From: Styela clava
Lineage: Eukaryota
Length of the DNA stretch: 64,000 nucleotides
NCBI RefSeq assembly: GCF_964204865.1
Contig: NC_135264.1
Coordinates: 10,478,001 to 10,542,000 of the forward strand
Reading direction: 5' to 3'
Part shown: positions 27,201 through 38,400 of the stretch, piece after piece
How positions within the stretch are numbered: the stretch's first letter is position 1
Layout: the number at the start of each line of letters is the position of its first letter
Position numbers and translations under genes: made by a program
Notes under the pieces: generated by a model
What the model was told of the DNA's origin: nothing
The model's database searches: none
What the model saw: only the letters and a program-made list of their open reading frames with translations

Positions 27201-30200
27201 GGCAACCTGAACAGATCTGGAAATGATATTGCCCATACAATGATAAAAGCATTTTCGAAGTTTTCAAAAAAGAATCCGCAGACAACAAATCTCAAAGTGG
27301 TTGATATTGTTATCTATGATCAACTCCAGCTTCCATTTTTTGAAAAAGCTTTAATGGAACAACAGGAAAGTGAAGCAAAACAAGGTACTTCTATTAGTTT
27401 GTTAGTTCACAAATTTTGATAATCCATGGCCCCTAACGAAGATTTCTAAACAATTGTGGCCCTCTTCCCTTCTACAAAATAGTTTTGCTTTCAATGTACT
27501 CTCATCAAAAATTACATGTGCCACGTTAAGTAATAATAAAAGACGAAGACAGAAGCAAAAAATAGTACATTATGTCCGCCATCTTCATTATTCATACATT
27601 ATTGTAATTTCATTTACCAAGGTAATAAGAGTGACAAGAGTTGGCTGCAAACTGCAACATCATTTATTGGGGAAAAGGCATCATCAGTTTCATCACTCTT
27701 TTCCAAAGGTAAATTTGCAATACTCTGGCCTATATTGTGAAATCTTTCAAACAAATGCTAGTTATTAGAAAATTTAAACTCCTTTGTCAGATGATATATA
27801 TCATAGCAATGTTGATAGTACACTCTTCAGATGTTTTTTATTTACTACTTACAGTAAGCAAGCGTGGTTTTGGATATTCAGAAAGTTGTTCTCGTTGTTT
27901 AAAGGTACTTCTTATACTTACCACAGCAAGTTTGATTGGGGATGACATTCACACTCAAAACACATTACCACCTGCTATTCTTGAAAGTTATTAGACCTTT
28001 TCCAGTTACCGTATGCCCCTCCCCCCACTGATATTACCCTGTCACGTTTTAAGATAACAAATTAGTAATTATCTAGTTGGGGGTTGGGGAATGATTTCAA
28101 ATTTTAATTACCATCGCAATTTGCATTCTCAGCCCTAACCCAAACCACATAACTGGGTTATTTATATATTAGGGGGGTAAATTTGGTGGATGAACTTTTC
28201 AATCCTTGATCGTGGTGGACTGAACCATTCATTCTTCTTTATTGAGTTTTCGAAGTAGATCATGTGAACGGGCAGACTCACTCATAAATGCAATTCAACT
28301 TTTTTGTTTTCAGCAATATTATATGATGAACCTTTGCAAAAAAATGTTATTGATCAAAATTGTATTGAACTGCAATTTTATTCTTCAAGTAAAGACAAAA
28401 TTGAGCAGGTAGGGAAGAAAAATTTTTTTTTTTCATTTTGCCCAGAAATTCTCAAAATTTAACTAGATATGTATATTATTCTTCATTTCAGGCAGTACAA
28501 GATATACGACAAAAAATTGATAAATGTTATTTGAACACACCTATTGTTGATGACCAACTTAAATATTTGGATCAGAATGCTAATCGAGATCTTGATGCAA
28601 TAGAACGTAGAAATAGAGTCCTGCTGTCAAGGTAAAATCTTTACACTTTTTTAGCGTATCAGAAGGCATGTCATAAATGTCAAAATGTAAATATATCAAA
28701 AAATTTTGATGAAATACGATTTACCACGTTTATTAAAATATTATATTGCAACAAGATTGAAAATTTACTAGCTTGTTGCAGCAATACCCCGAAATAGGAA
28801 CGTTGATGTCGGTGCAGAAGTTAGATTGTTTTTAACTTTCAAAATATCGTTTATTCAATGTGATATAGAAATATTACTGGTAAGTTTAACCGCACTCATA
28901 TTTCACCATTTCAATATTGTTTATTAATTCTACTAAGACTCGTAATTTGGCTTGTGACACAAAAGAGAAGCAACCTGATTTGACTTCAAATATGCTGTTA
29001 CTCAAACTTGACCTGTGAGTCAGTTGGCCCTATGACTTTACTTTACTCGTGATACAGAGTTTGGCGACTTGCTTACAGAGTGTCTCACATTATCAGATAT
29101 GATAAAGTCTTGCTATGTTTTATAATATGCTTTTGTGGTTCTCTCTCCTTAGGTCTGATTATAAAATTTCTGTGGAAGGACTGAATTCAAATGTGTTGAA
29201 TGCTGTTGAAGATATTAAGCGTTTGCTCAAAAAGTCTCAGCCAAGATCATTTGTACGACCAAATCTATCAATCTACACTTGGCAATATAGAAAGTCAGAT
29301 GGAGAATGGGAATCATTTGAATCGAAAATACAACAAGAATTAGCAGAGTTATATCAAGTTTGTATTCTTTTTTCTTTTTGTTTTACCTAGTATTTTTTGA
29401 ACTAAAAATATTTGAAATCAAGTTTAATATACCTTTGAGTGGTTAATTAAGTATTTTTTTCAACATTAGGGCAGGATTTACATATTCATCCTGGGGGAGA
29501 GGGAAGTCGATAAGACTGCTTTATCATTTGGCTAACCACAGTCTCTCGTCGGCTACCAGCAGTCCATGCTGGGTATGGGATTAGTTTACCCAGTTGTTTG
29601 CTTCAAATGCATGTCCCTTTACTATGTCGCTTAAAGAACGAATATTTCATATTCGAATTAATGACATCTTGTGCCTCAAAGTTTTTTAATCATTTGTCTT
29701 AAACCTCAATATTTGGGATTGTTTGAAGCTCTTTTTATTTTTATATAGATCAACCCCTACTTTAGAGGCATTAAAATAATTGATGGTAAGAAATACAATG
29801 TAGATATTCTAATGAATGCTTTGGATGGACAAGAAATAAGAAGAAAGGTTACAAATGGTAATATAGATATAGTATGGCTAAATAACAAAGCTTTTTTAAA
29901 ACATTTGAGCAGCATTCAATCAATGATACACATTACCTAGGATATGATATCCGTTTTTTCTCCTCCAAGGGGAAATTTCAGGTGAGATGTTGAGAATGTG
30001 TGAAAGTGGTTTATAAATATGAATAAATTTTAGCCAACTAGTGGTTTTCTGAACCACCCTGTGATATTAAGGAGTTCTGTGATTCTTTCATGCATAAATA
30101 TTCCTTGTGTGGGGTCAAAGATGCGGTGGCGAGCGTTTTCCTAACGCTTAGCACGATGAGCCACACCGCTGCGCCTGATAGTCAATAGCTCATTCCAAAA

Positions 30201-31451
30201 TTATCAAGATTGAATATAATGTTGGTTAAACAAGGTCAAGTGTTCTCGAGGGCGTGCCAATTTTTTTTGCTGTGCAAGATGAGTTTCTGATAACGATGCC
30301 CCCTATACCTTCAAAAATATTTCAGGGGATAAACAAATTTTAAAAGTGAAATGTTTATATTATTAATTACATCATCAAACTAAGAAACAAAATCATATGT
30401 GTAAAAAGATCAAACTCATTTATCAACCAAAACAGATTGGAATATTGTTTTGAATTGTACCTTTTCTTTTTTGCGTAATTAATGTTAAAATGCTCCCACT
30501 GCATAGAATACTGTACTTTTGTTAGTTATGAATGAAAAATGTTGAGTGTTTTGACAATCCATAATTTTTAATCGAAAATCCCCAATCCTTCTTGCTAATT
30601 TCCTAGTATTTGATAAGAACAAGATATTAATATTTTTACAGAATGGATTCACAACAGACAACCTTCTCAATTTGGGAATAACAGTAGTGATGTAAGTATT
30701 TTATATGATTAGTTTTACAGAAATTAAAAGTAGGAGTTTGGTTGTACCAGGCTAAGTTATTTTACCATATTTCTGGGATATGTTGACATAATTAGACTGA
30801 CCAATACATCAATATTGGCTTGGCTTCGCTGTGTGGCGCATTGGGCTAAGCATTAGGAATATGCTCGTCACCGCACCTCTGATTACAGGTTGGAATCCCA
30901 TGTGGGAATAGTTATGTGCAAGAGGATTACTGGACTCCTCGCTGCCCTAGGGTGGTTCACGTAACCGCTGGGGTCAAGGCCACCATCAAGTCCATGCTCC
31001 CGAAAACTAATAACTGGCTAATTAATCTCATACCCGACATGAACTGATAACCAGGCGAGAGGCCATGATTTGACATATGATTAAGCCCCCAGGTTTAATA
31101 TGTAAATCCAAACCTATCCTGATATTGTCAATTCCCAGTTACTGATTATCCAAATAAAGTAATACATGTTCCATATATATGACCCTCAATCCAATCAAAA
31201 TGACCATTCTTTATTAAGTCCACCAATCTGAGATGAACAACTGGCTAAATATTTTTATATGAACTCGAATTTGGGGTTCACAATATTATATAGACATATT
31301 ATCAGCCTGAATATATTTTGAATTATTTTTTTTGCAACTTGAAATTCAACAACATATGGCGATGAGTTAAAATAAATACTTTGTTTACTTTTGTTTTTGA
31401 TATTCTTAGGCTGGTGCTTCAAATGTATCGTCAAACAAGAAAGCATTTTAG
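15275..31451 (+). CDS. PARP14-like multidomain protein (3-4 RRM, KH-like repeats, 2 Macro, KH, WWE), ~1330 aa, apparently lacking the ART/PARP catalytic domain
   Basis: About 27 phase-compatible GT-AG exons (approx.): 15275-15425, 16239-16331, 16415-16547, 16622-16770, 16916-17021, 17100-17232, 17914-17969, 18049-18223, 18691-18868, 19262-19410, 20026-20149, 20434-20627, 21611-21854, 22479-22687, 23087-23237, 23887-24120, 24195-24377, 26255-26437, 26793-27026, 27202-27384, 27622-27708, 28314-28408, 28492-28631, 29153-29357, 29749-29858, 30642-30691, 31410-31451. PARP14-type RRM: IYFENKQRTGGGPV. Macro 1: GDITEEDSDAIV..TSSGNLHCKRIFH..ISVPALGIG. Macro 2: GDITEEKNDAIVN..TSGGKLPCKKIIH..SISFPAMGTG. 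WWE: WQYRKSDGEWESF..YNVD..IRR. The last two exons are less certain. Confidence 0.87.
17394..17718. mobile_element. hAT (Charlie-like) MITE, degenerate
   Basis: Starts CAGTGGTTCTTAAACTT and ends GTTTGAGAGCCACCAG. Internal CGCCCCC motifs. TCTA-centred, imperfect TSD. Confidence 0.65.
18881..19135 (-). mobile_element. tRNA-derived SINE copy, degenerate
   Basis: Blocks GGAAAGCTGATAAGACAGCTTAATCATATG, ACTTGATGGTGAAGAAGCC and GGAGTTCAGCAATCTCCTCACACATAA resemble the family. Confidence 0.7.
19783..19937. mobile_element. hAT MITE
   Basis: TIRs CAAGGGTGGCCAAC / GTTGGCCACCCTTG. 8-bp TSD ATATATTG/ATATGTTG. Internal GATCGAC motifs. Confidence 0.85.
21190..21395 (+). mobile_element. SINE copy (3' part), degenerate
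   Basis: GGATTACTGGACTCCTTGTCGCTGTAGGGTGGTTCACGTAACCGC...CACCACCAAGTCTATGC. Confidence 0.7.
23335..23620 (+). mobile_element. SINE copy, near full length, degenerate
   Basis: Head ATATGCTCGCCACC..GGTTCAAATC. Tail ATAAATATGTAAATCTTATCCTATCC. Confidence 0.75.
24460..25886. mobile_element. Nested hAT-type MITEs: outer 24460-25886, inner 24783-25689
   Basis: Outer TIR CAGCAGTTCCCAA / TTAGGAATCGCTG. Inner TIR CAGTGTTGTCCAA / TTGGCCATCCCTG with TSD GATGAAAA/GATGAGAA and subterminal TTCGAA arrays like those of the 286-1354 element. Confidence 0.75.
29468..30174 (-). mobile_element. Two SINE fragments (~29468-29612 and ~29937-30174) on either side of the WWE exon
   Basis: AGGATTTACATATTCATCCTGGGGGAGAGGGAAGTCGATAAGAC (tail end) and GCGGTGGCGAGCGTTTTCCTAACGCTTAGCACGATGAGCCACACCGC (head end). 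Confidence 0.75.
30826..31120 (+). mobile_element. SINE copy
   Basis: Head GTGTGGCGCATTGGGCTAAGCATTAGGAATATGCTCG..GGTTGGAATCCCATG. Tail ATATGTAAATCCAAACCTATCC. Confidence 0.85.
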
Positions 31452-32219
31452 TTCATGAAGATCAATATTCATGTTTTATGATAAAGCTGAAATTTGACGC
31501 TGTTTGGGCCACAATGTCTCCATAATCGAATGTTATATTCCTGATATTTGTACCGTAATTATTATTGTGAGCGTGATGATGTAATCACGAACTGAACACT
31601 GTATATAAAAATATATAATTTACTATAGTAGAAGTAAGGGGTACCTTTTAGCTTTTACCCATCAACTGTTTTATAACAAAGATATCATGTTAAGTGGGAC
31701 TTCGTACACTTGATTATTTGCACTTCAAACATTTCTTTTTTGTTTTCGTTACAATCTTCAATAAATGATATTAAACAATTAACAATGTGTCTTAATACTA
31801 AAAATTGATCAGATGAACCAGTGATTAGGATTTATGCAGTGTCGGGCCTAGGCTACTATAGTTGCACCGCGCTTTATCCAGGCGCAAATTATTACTACAT
31901 TCAACCATTACAAATCCATGTATAAATGTGATGATATACTTGCATTACGTCGCCACATGTAAGACTTGTGAAATTATTTTTACCCTGGCAGAGGCTGAAT
32001 TCAAGGGAGTTTTGAATATTTTCCGATAAAACTATTTGTAACTCGTAACATTGGGTTTTATATTTGAATGACAATCTACTAAATTGTAGATTCTACACGG
32101 CATCGAGGCATCAAAAAGTCATCCACCATTCATATGATTTAATCAAATACAGTTAGTTCCGTCTTGGTTCCGTCATATTCGTTAACTGTCCAAGAATGCC
32201 TCCATATTATGAAAGCGTG

Positions 32220-32400
32220 ATCGATTGGTATTCTACGTCACTTCTGAATTTGTTATTGAGTACAAAAGGATTCAGTTTTGCATAAAATGTAGGCGTGAGA
32301 AATATATTCTCCGATCATATTTGAATTATGCTCGAAATTTTAAGGCCAGTAATCACGTGATTATTTGTTTACTATAGCTGACAGACGACGAGTGAGTAGC
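32220..32400 (+). promoter_or_regulatory. Putative SLC8B1 promoter: inverted CCAAT, CRE-like TACGTCA, 14-bp palindrome TAATCACGTGATTA (E-box)
   Basis: GATTGG ~32223, TACGTCAC ~32234 and TAATCACGTGATTA 32350-32363, all within ~260 bp of the ATG. Motif matches only. Confidence 0.45.
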
Positions 32401-32484
32401 GCGTTGTTTTGTAGGTTGCTGGTAATTCGAGTGCTTATTTTCAACGATGTAATTGCGCTTATTTCGTGTAAAAACTCGGGAGTA

Positions 32485-35400
32485 ATGGAAAAATATGTAT
32501 TTGTTGTGTTGTTGACATGTTGGTCTAAATTTTCACTTGTGAATGGAGAGGGGAATGTCTCTGTTTCGGACGACTCCGGTGATGTTGAGGTAAGTCTGTA
32601 GATAAGAGGATCGAAATTCAGAACTTATTTTGCCCAGATTTCATCACCTTGGTGTTATATCATACAACCATAAGGCCATAAGAAGCTGCATCAGCTAGTT
32701 TTATATATTACCAAGCAACTAAATTGACAGAATTAACACATATTGATCAGCTTGTTATTATGCTGCCTGATTCAGTGATTGCTCTTTCACTTTTAGATAC
32801 AAGTGTGGCGAAATACTACACAAAAATTTATATAGGATAGGATTTACATATTTATCCCGGGGGAGATGAAAGCCGATAAGACGGCTTATCCATATGGCGA
32901 ACCACGGCCTCTCGTCCGGTTACCATTCCAAGTCGGGTATGGGATTAGATTTCTGTATTGTTTGTTTTCGGAAGCATGGACTTGGTGGTGGAGGAAGCCG
33001 TAACCGACCAGCGATTACGTGAACCACCCAACGACGGCGAGGAGTCCAGCAATCCTCTCGCACATAACCATCCCTGCATGGGATTCGAACCTGCGAACCC
33101 ACGCAGAGTAGTTAGAGGTGCGGTGGCGAGCGTATTCCTAACGCTTAGCCCGTTGAGCCACACCGCCGCGCCGCCCGTTGAGCCACACTCGACTTAACCC
33201 AGTACCGTAACCCTACAAACGAATTGAGCTAGATTCTCTCTCATATCATACTGAAATTCATTTTATCCATACATCAAATTTATGTTAAGTCCTTGGTGCG
33301 CTTTAAATCAGTAAAATTAAACGTGTATACAGGTATATGCTTTTTGTTGTTTTTTAGTGTCGAGAATATCATTCCATCAAAAATTCATCAGATATTTGCA
33401 ATTTTGTGAATTCTACTGATGACTGTAAAATGGATGAAGGTTTCTTTGATTATATATTATATGCTTTGTGTGACGTGAAACCTAATTTACTGCCTGCAGT
33501 TTATGTCTTATATGTAAGTATATTAGTTATTTCACATCTGGAAGTTGAGAAATTAACTGGGAATAGATTTGATAAGCTTACAATTTTTCGAATAATTTGA
33601 CAAAATTGATTTGATTCATACAATTTATCTGACATAAAGTTTGCATATAGAATGTTATGTTAAGTTGCTGCTTTGAAAATATTGCGTTTCTCCACAATTA
33701 ATAGACTAATCGTTTAAAATTTTTAGTACTCATAAATGTTTTAAGTCGCTAGTTTGTATAGTTCATCTATTCGTATCAACAAAATAGAAAAATGAAAAAA
33801 GTTTGACATCTGGTATTTCAAGTTATAAATTTTTTAAATTAATATCTTGAATTATTAGTTCTCTTTAACCGTTTTAAAAGGAATAACCTTTCGTTTTGAC
33901 CATATTATTTAGAAGTCTTCTTTTTCTCAGGTAAATTTATTGCATTCATTTATATATAACGGCAGCAATCCACCATATTTGATATAATATTCAATGTTGT
34001 TTTGTTTTAAATTTCCAGATTATCTGGCTACTTTACCTTTTTATTGCTCTGGGAACAACAGCTGAGAGTTTGTGAGTGAATTTTACATTGATGAATTACA
34101 TTTTTATATGCACTGCTGCAGTGTATTTTAAACATTTGATCATTAATTACTGTTCAAAAGAAGATACAATCATCTGATAGGCAATAATATAGGCTCCAAC
34201 CATTTCCCTTTTTTAAGACAAGCTGCTTAGTTCACTATTGCAAAATAGAAGGAGGTTAATACTTAACAGTCTTATGGAATGAAATGAGAATGCTAAGAAT
34301 TGCTTACCTTTAAGCTTATAGTGAGTCATGGTCTCTCCTCCACGTACCAGTTCAGGTCACATCGGTTCACAATAGTTATACTGTTGTTCGTTTTATAAGC
34401 ATGTTTCTGGTTCTGAAATATGAAAATAGAATTTCACACAGTGATTTTATATATCTTTTTAAAAGTATTCAGAAAATAGCTAAATAAAATGTTCTTTTTA
34501 CAGTTTTTGTCCGTCTTTGGAGTTTATTGCCAACAACTTGAAGCTGAGCCAAAATATAGCAATATCCTTGAAAAATATCAAAATTACTTTTATAATTTTT
34601 ATTTTTTGACAAGTAGAATGAAAATAATGTATAAAGAGCTTATTATTCTTGCTAGTTCACTTTATGTTAACCTCGGCTTTTTATACAAATTTCGAAACAA
34701 AATAATTTTATTTCTTTAATTTTCAATAATAATCACGGTATAACAGTTGTTGCTTTCGGTAACGGAGCTCCAGATATCTTCAGTGCAATTGCAGCTTTCA
34801 CTAATTCAAAGCCAAGCTCTTCTGGTGTAGCCATAGGAGCTTTATTGGGTGAGTACCATTCAAACTACTAGCTTTCATTAGCCTAAAAATTGTTTATAAA
34901 ATTTACTATTTTTGAAAAATAGTTGACTGTGAATTGTGAGACGAAACGACAAATTTTTATAAATTCATCGTTTTAGGTCTGCAATTTATTTTCAAAAATT
35001 TTCTTGAATTCTAGATATTTTATTCTGCTTGTTAAATTTTTTTTAGACCAGCAGTTCACACTATCTATTTTGAATCTTATTAAGGTGCTGGAATATTTGT
35101 TACTACTGTGGTAGCTGGAGCCGTTGCAATCACCAAACCATTTGAATTAGCAAAACGTCCGTTTCTACGAGATGTCACTTTCTATCTTGCTACTGTATTT
35201 TGGACATTTTGTTTGCTTTATAATGGGAAGATTGATTTACCTAATTCCATAGGTAAGATTGAGCTGTTAGTTAATTATTATCAATGGAGTGCTGTTATAA
35301 GAGCGTACAAAAAGCATACATGTGTATCATTTAATTAAATTATTGTTAGGATGTATATGGTATTTTTATAGTGGTATATATAGCCTACTACAGGGCCAGA

Positions 35401-38400
35401 TTGAATCAACCAACAGGCCATAGTTTGGCCATATTAGGTCTATACACTTAACATTTAAGCATTGCTAATCTATTTCGATACATCTTTTTTTCTGCCAATC
35501 AAGGCGAAATAGCAATGCATCATATTTACTTATAACAAAATGCAATACATTCATATGCTGTGTTAGTCTGTGAAGCATATTCAATGTAAACACAGAACAC
35601 TTTATTCTTTTACTTATATTAAGCCATGTGTCAATATACTGCGGTTTACACTTTACAGAATAAATATTATTGGAAATAGCAGAGGAATTTTCTATTATGC
35701 TATCTGCTATTTGATGGCATGTCTGAATAGAAAGATAGTGTAGAATCCTAATTTTTGGAATCTCAAACTCAATCTGCGATACAAAATAATTGTAAATTAT
35801 TCTAAATTTTATTAGCTAAGCATAACCAATATCAATATTTTATGTAATAAATGTATATTCTATGGATTGAATTTAATAAAATTTTGCCAATTTGTTAAGA
35901 ACACTGATATCTCAGATCCTGCTACTAATGCTGTATTTCATATTGTCGATCATTAAATTGTCCTGGAAGCTTAGTATTGAATAAAATGGTCAGTACCGGT
36001 GTTACATAAATATTGTCCTTGAGATACCCTATGATGCTTATTATCATCTTCTTGTGCCGTTAAACATTTCCTTCCTGCTTTATATTGTGTCCTGAATGAT
36101 GAATTGTTTTATTGATATGTTCAGCTTATTAATTAAGAGAATGTCATAAATATTATATTTATGATCATTTTTTATCACCTCAAAATTCAGTTTTATTTTA
36201 CCATTTTTTTGTTTTATGTTTCAGGGTTTTTGCTTCTTTATATTTTTTATGTCATTGTTGTTCTTGTTGGCCGTTATGTCAATCAAAAATTAAGAAAAAG
36301 AAAGGCAAACAATAACCAAGGTGGGTAAATTTAATATGCTTTTTCATGTTACTCTTAAACCTGACATTTTAGGCAGACATCAGCAAGATACAGTGCAAAC
36401 TCTACCTACGAAAGGCTCTGGATACGAAATATCCAACTTTCCAAAAATATTGCTTCGACTAACGTAAAATTTTCTACATATGGAAGGCCGAAAACCTGAA
36501 TAAAAAAAAGCATATAGTGATATTTATTTATTTTAGGTCAATTTAATGCAGTGCTTGAAGCAGGGATGACCAATTCGAAAATCACGACTTCCGAATATTG
36601 TTTTTAGTGTTTATAAGAATATGAATATGGCCCATAAATCCTAGCACCACCATCCACGTTTTGATTTAATACATTTTACAATTATTTCATTCTTATAGTA
36701 ATCAAGCACAGACTTGTGCTGCACAGTAATAAATTACAGTCGACATGAAAGGGTTTCAATTAGCGCCGACATGAAGTGCTTATAAATACAATGAGGATGT
36801 TTTTGATTGAAAATATTTTACACCTATTATCGTATATTTTAATTTAGTCGAGATAGTTTGTGCAATGAATCTAAAAGCAAATTGTCGTTATTAATTGTTT
36901 CCTTCCTCAATTTCGATAGTAACCCAACAGAACTGGAAATTTTTCCATTTCTTGCAATTTAGAGCATATAAATGAGCTCTTTAATATTTTTTAGTAGCAA
37001 TCGCGGAATTTATTGTTATCCAGGCGTCGTTGATGACAATGTCGTTCAATTTAAGCTGACGGTTTTATATTACAATCAAAAATAAGATCACAACAGCCGA
37101 CATGATATATTCAAATCAGCATCACTGCCACTCGAACAGTCATAATTATTGTCAGATGGGAATCGGGTTCACTAATTTGATGATCGCATGATAACTGAAT
37201 CAACGAATGGTTTCATAACCACGATGAAAATTAAAGCCTGTGGTGGGCCACCCACGGATAAATGCAATCTGTCTCACTCAGTTTCAGTTGCTGGCGAAAT
37301 TCATCGAGAAGACGATTATACACGTAACAGTGTGTAACAAAAGAAGATAAATTATGAAAAAAAATAAAAAAACGGAAAAAGCAAAACAAAAAATTTCATT
37401 ATGCAGTAATCTAATTCTCACTGTATTTGTTACGGATTTTAATCATTAATATAATTTATACAAATATTATGTCCCACTTTTGTGGCAGCTTGGAACGGAT
37501 TAGGGCATTTACAAGTGAAATATTACAGAATTTTCTACTGAATGAATTAATTTCGTAGGTAGAGTTTCCACTGTTTTGTAAATGTAATTTTATTATTCCA
37601 TAAGAATATCCATAAGATATTTCAGTTTTAATTATTATTTTTACGTCTTTCACTTATAAAGCCCCATTTGGACCACTATTTGGGCACAGTAATTTTGGTA
37701 TTGCTGTTATCGATATGCTATCCGTAATAACATTCTCCAAAAATTGTTAAAAAATGAAAACTTGTATTAGAAAACAATAGCAAACATGTAAAACAGCTGT
37801 GCCCAAATGGATTCACTGAAACTTATCTTCTTTACCCCCTTAGATTGCTTCGCAGCCTGTTATTATTTGAAAACCTTCTACACAAATTCAAATTAATTTT
37901 TTTTTCAATTTTTTGCGATAAATTAAATCATTTTACTTCAGATAAACAGTATGATGAAACATCACATCTCATAAATGAGCCTGATAATGATCCAGTCGTA
38001 ATATTAGGGTGAGTTGTCGAAACTATATTTTAATTGATGACATGACTTTCATAGAATTTCCTATTGCAGTATCGACCAGGTATCAAGTTATTATAAAAAC
38101 ATGTTTCTTTCATTTCTCTTGTGTTCACTGAAAGAAACAAATACGCAAAACTTGATAGCTAGCCTATTCATTAAAAAAAGATTCAGAAAAAAAAACTAAC
38201 AAGTTTTCAAATCAATTGTTTTTTCTTTTCTTGTTAACTTTATGGTATAGTTTGATATATTTTATCCTTTATTTTGATTATTAAAATTTTTCTTTAATAC
38301 CTAGTTGCGTAATTTATACATAATCGACATTCCTCGAGTCATTAAGATTTTAAGGTATATAATTTTTTCATAACAAAAAAGATTTCAAAAACTATGGTAT

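Noticed and set aside
29859-32484. Cryptic PARP catalytic exons
   Set aside because: I found no exon-like frames with the H-G-T or Y-G-x-G-x-Y-F-A motifs. The space is occupied by SINEs and AT-rich sequence.
33080-33171. tRNA gene (A/B boxes, GGTTCGAATCCC); also at 49470-49566
   Set aside because: The box spacing is too long for a normal cloverleaf. It continues into a repeated body with an ATCCT tail and occurs in many decayed copies, so it is a SINE head.
32920-33197. ORFs of 60-99 aa over SINE copies (also 20972-21271, 48595-48789, 49407-49619)
   Set aside because: They fall entirely within the non-coding SINE and their frames are not conserved between copies.
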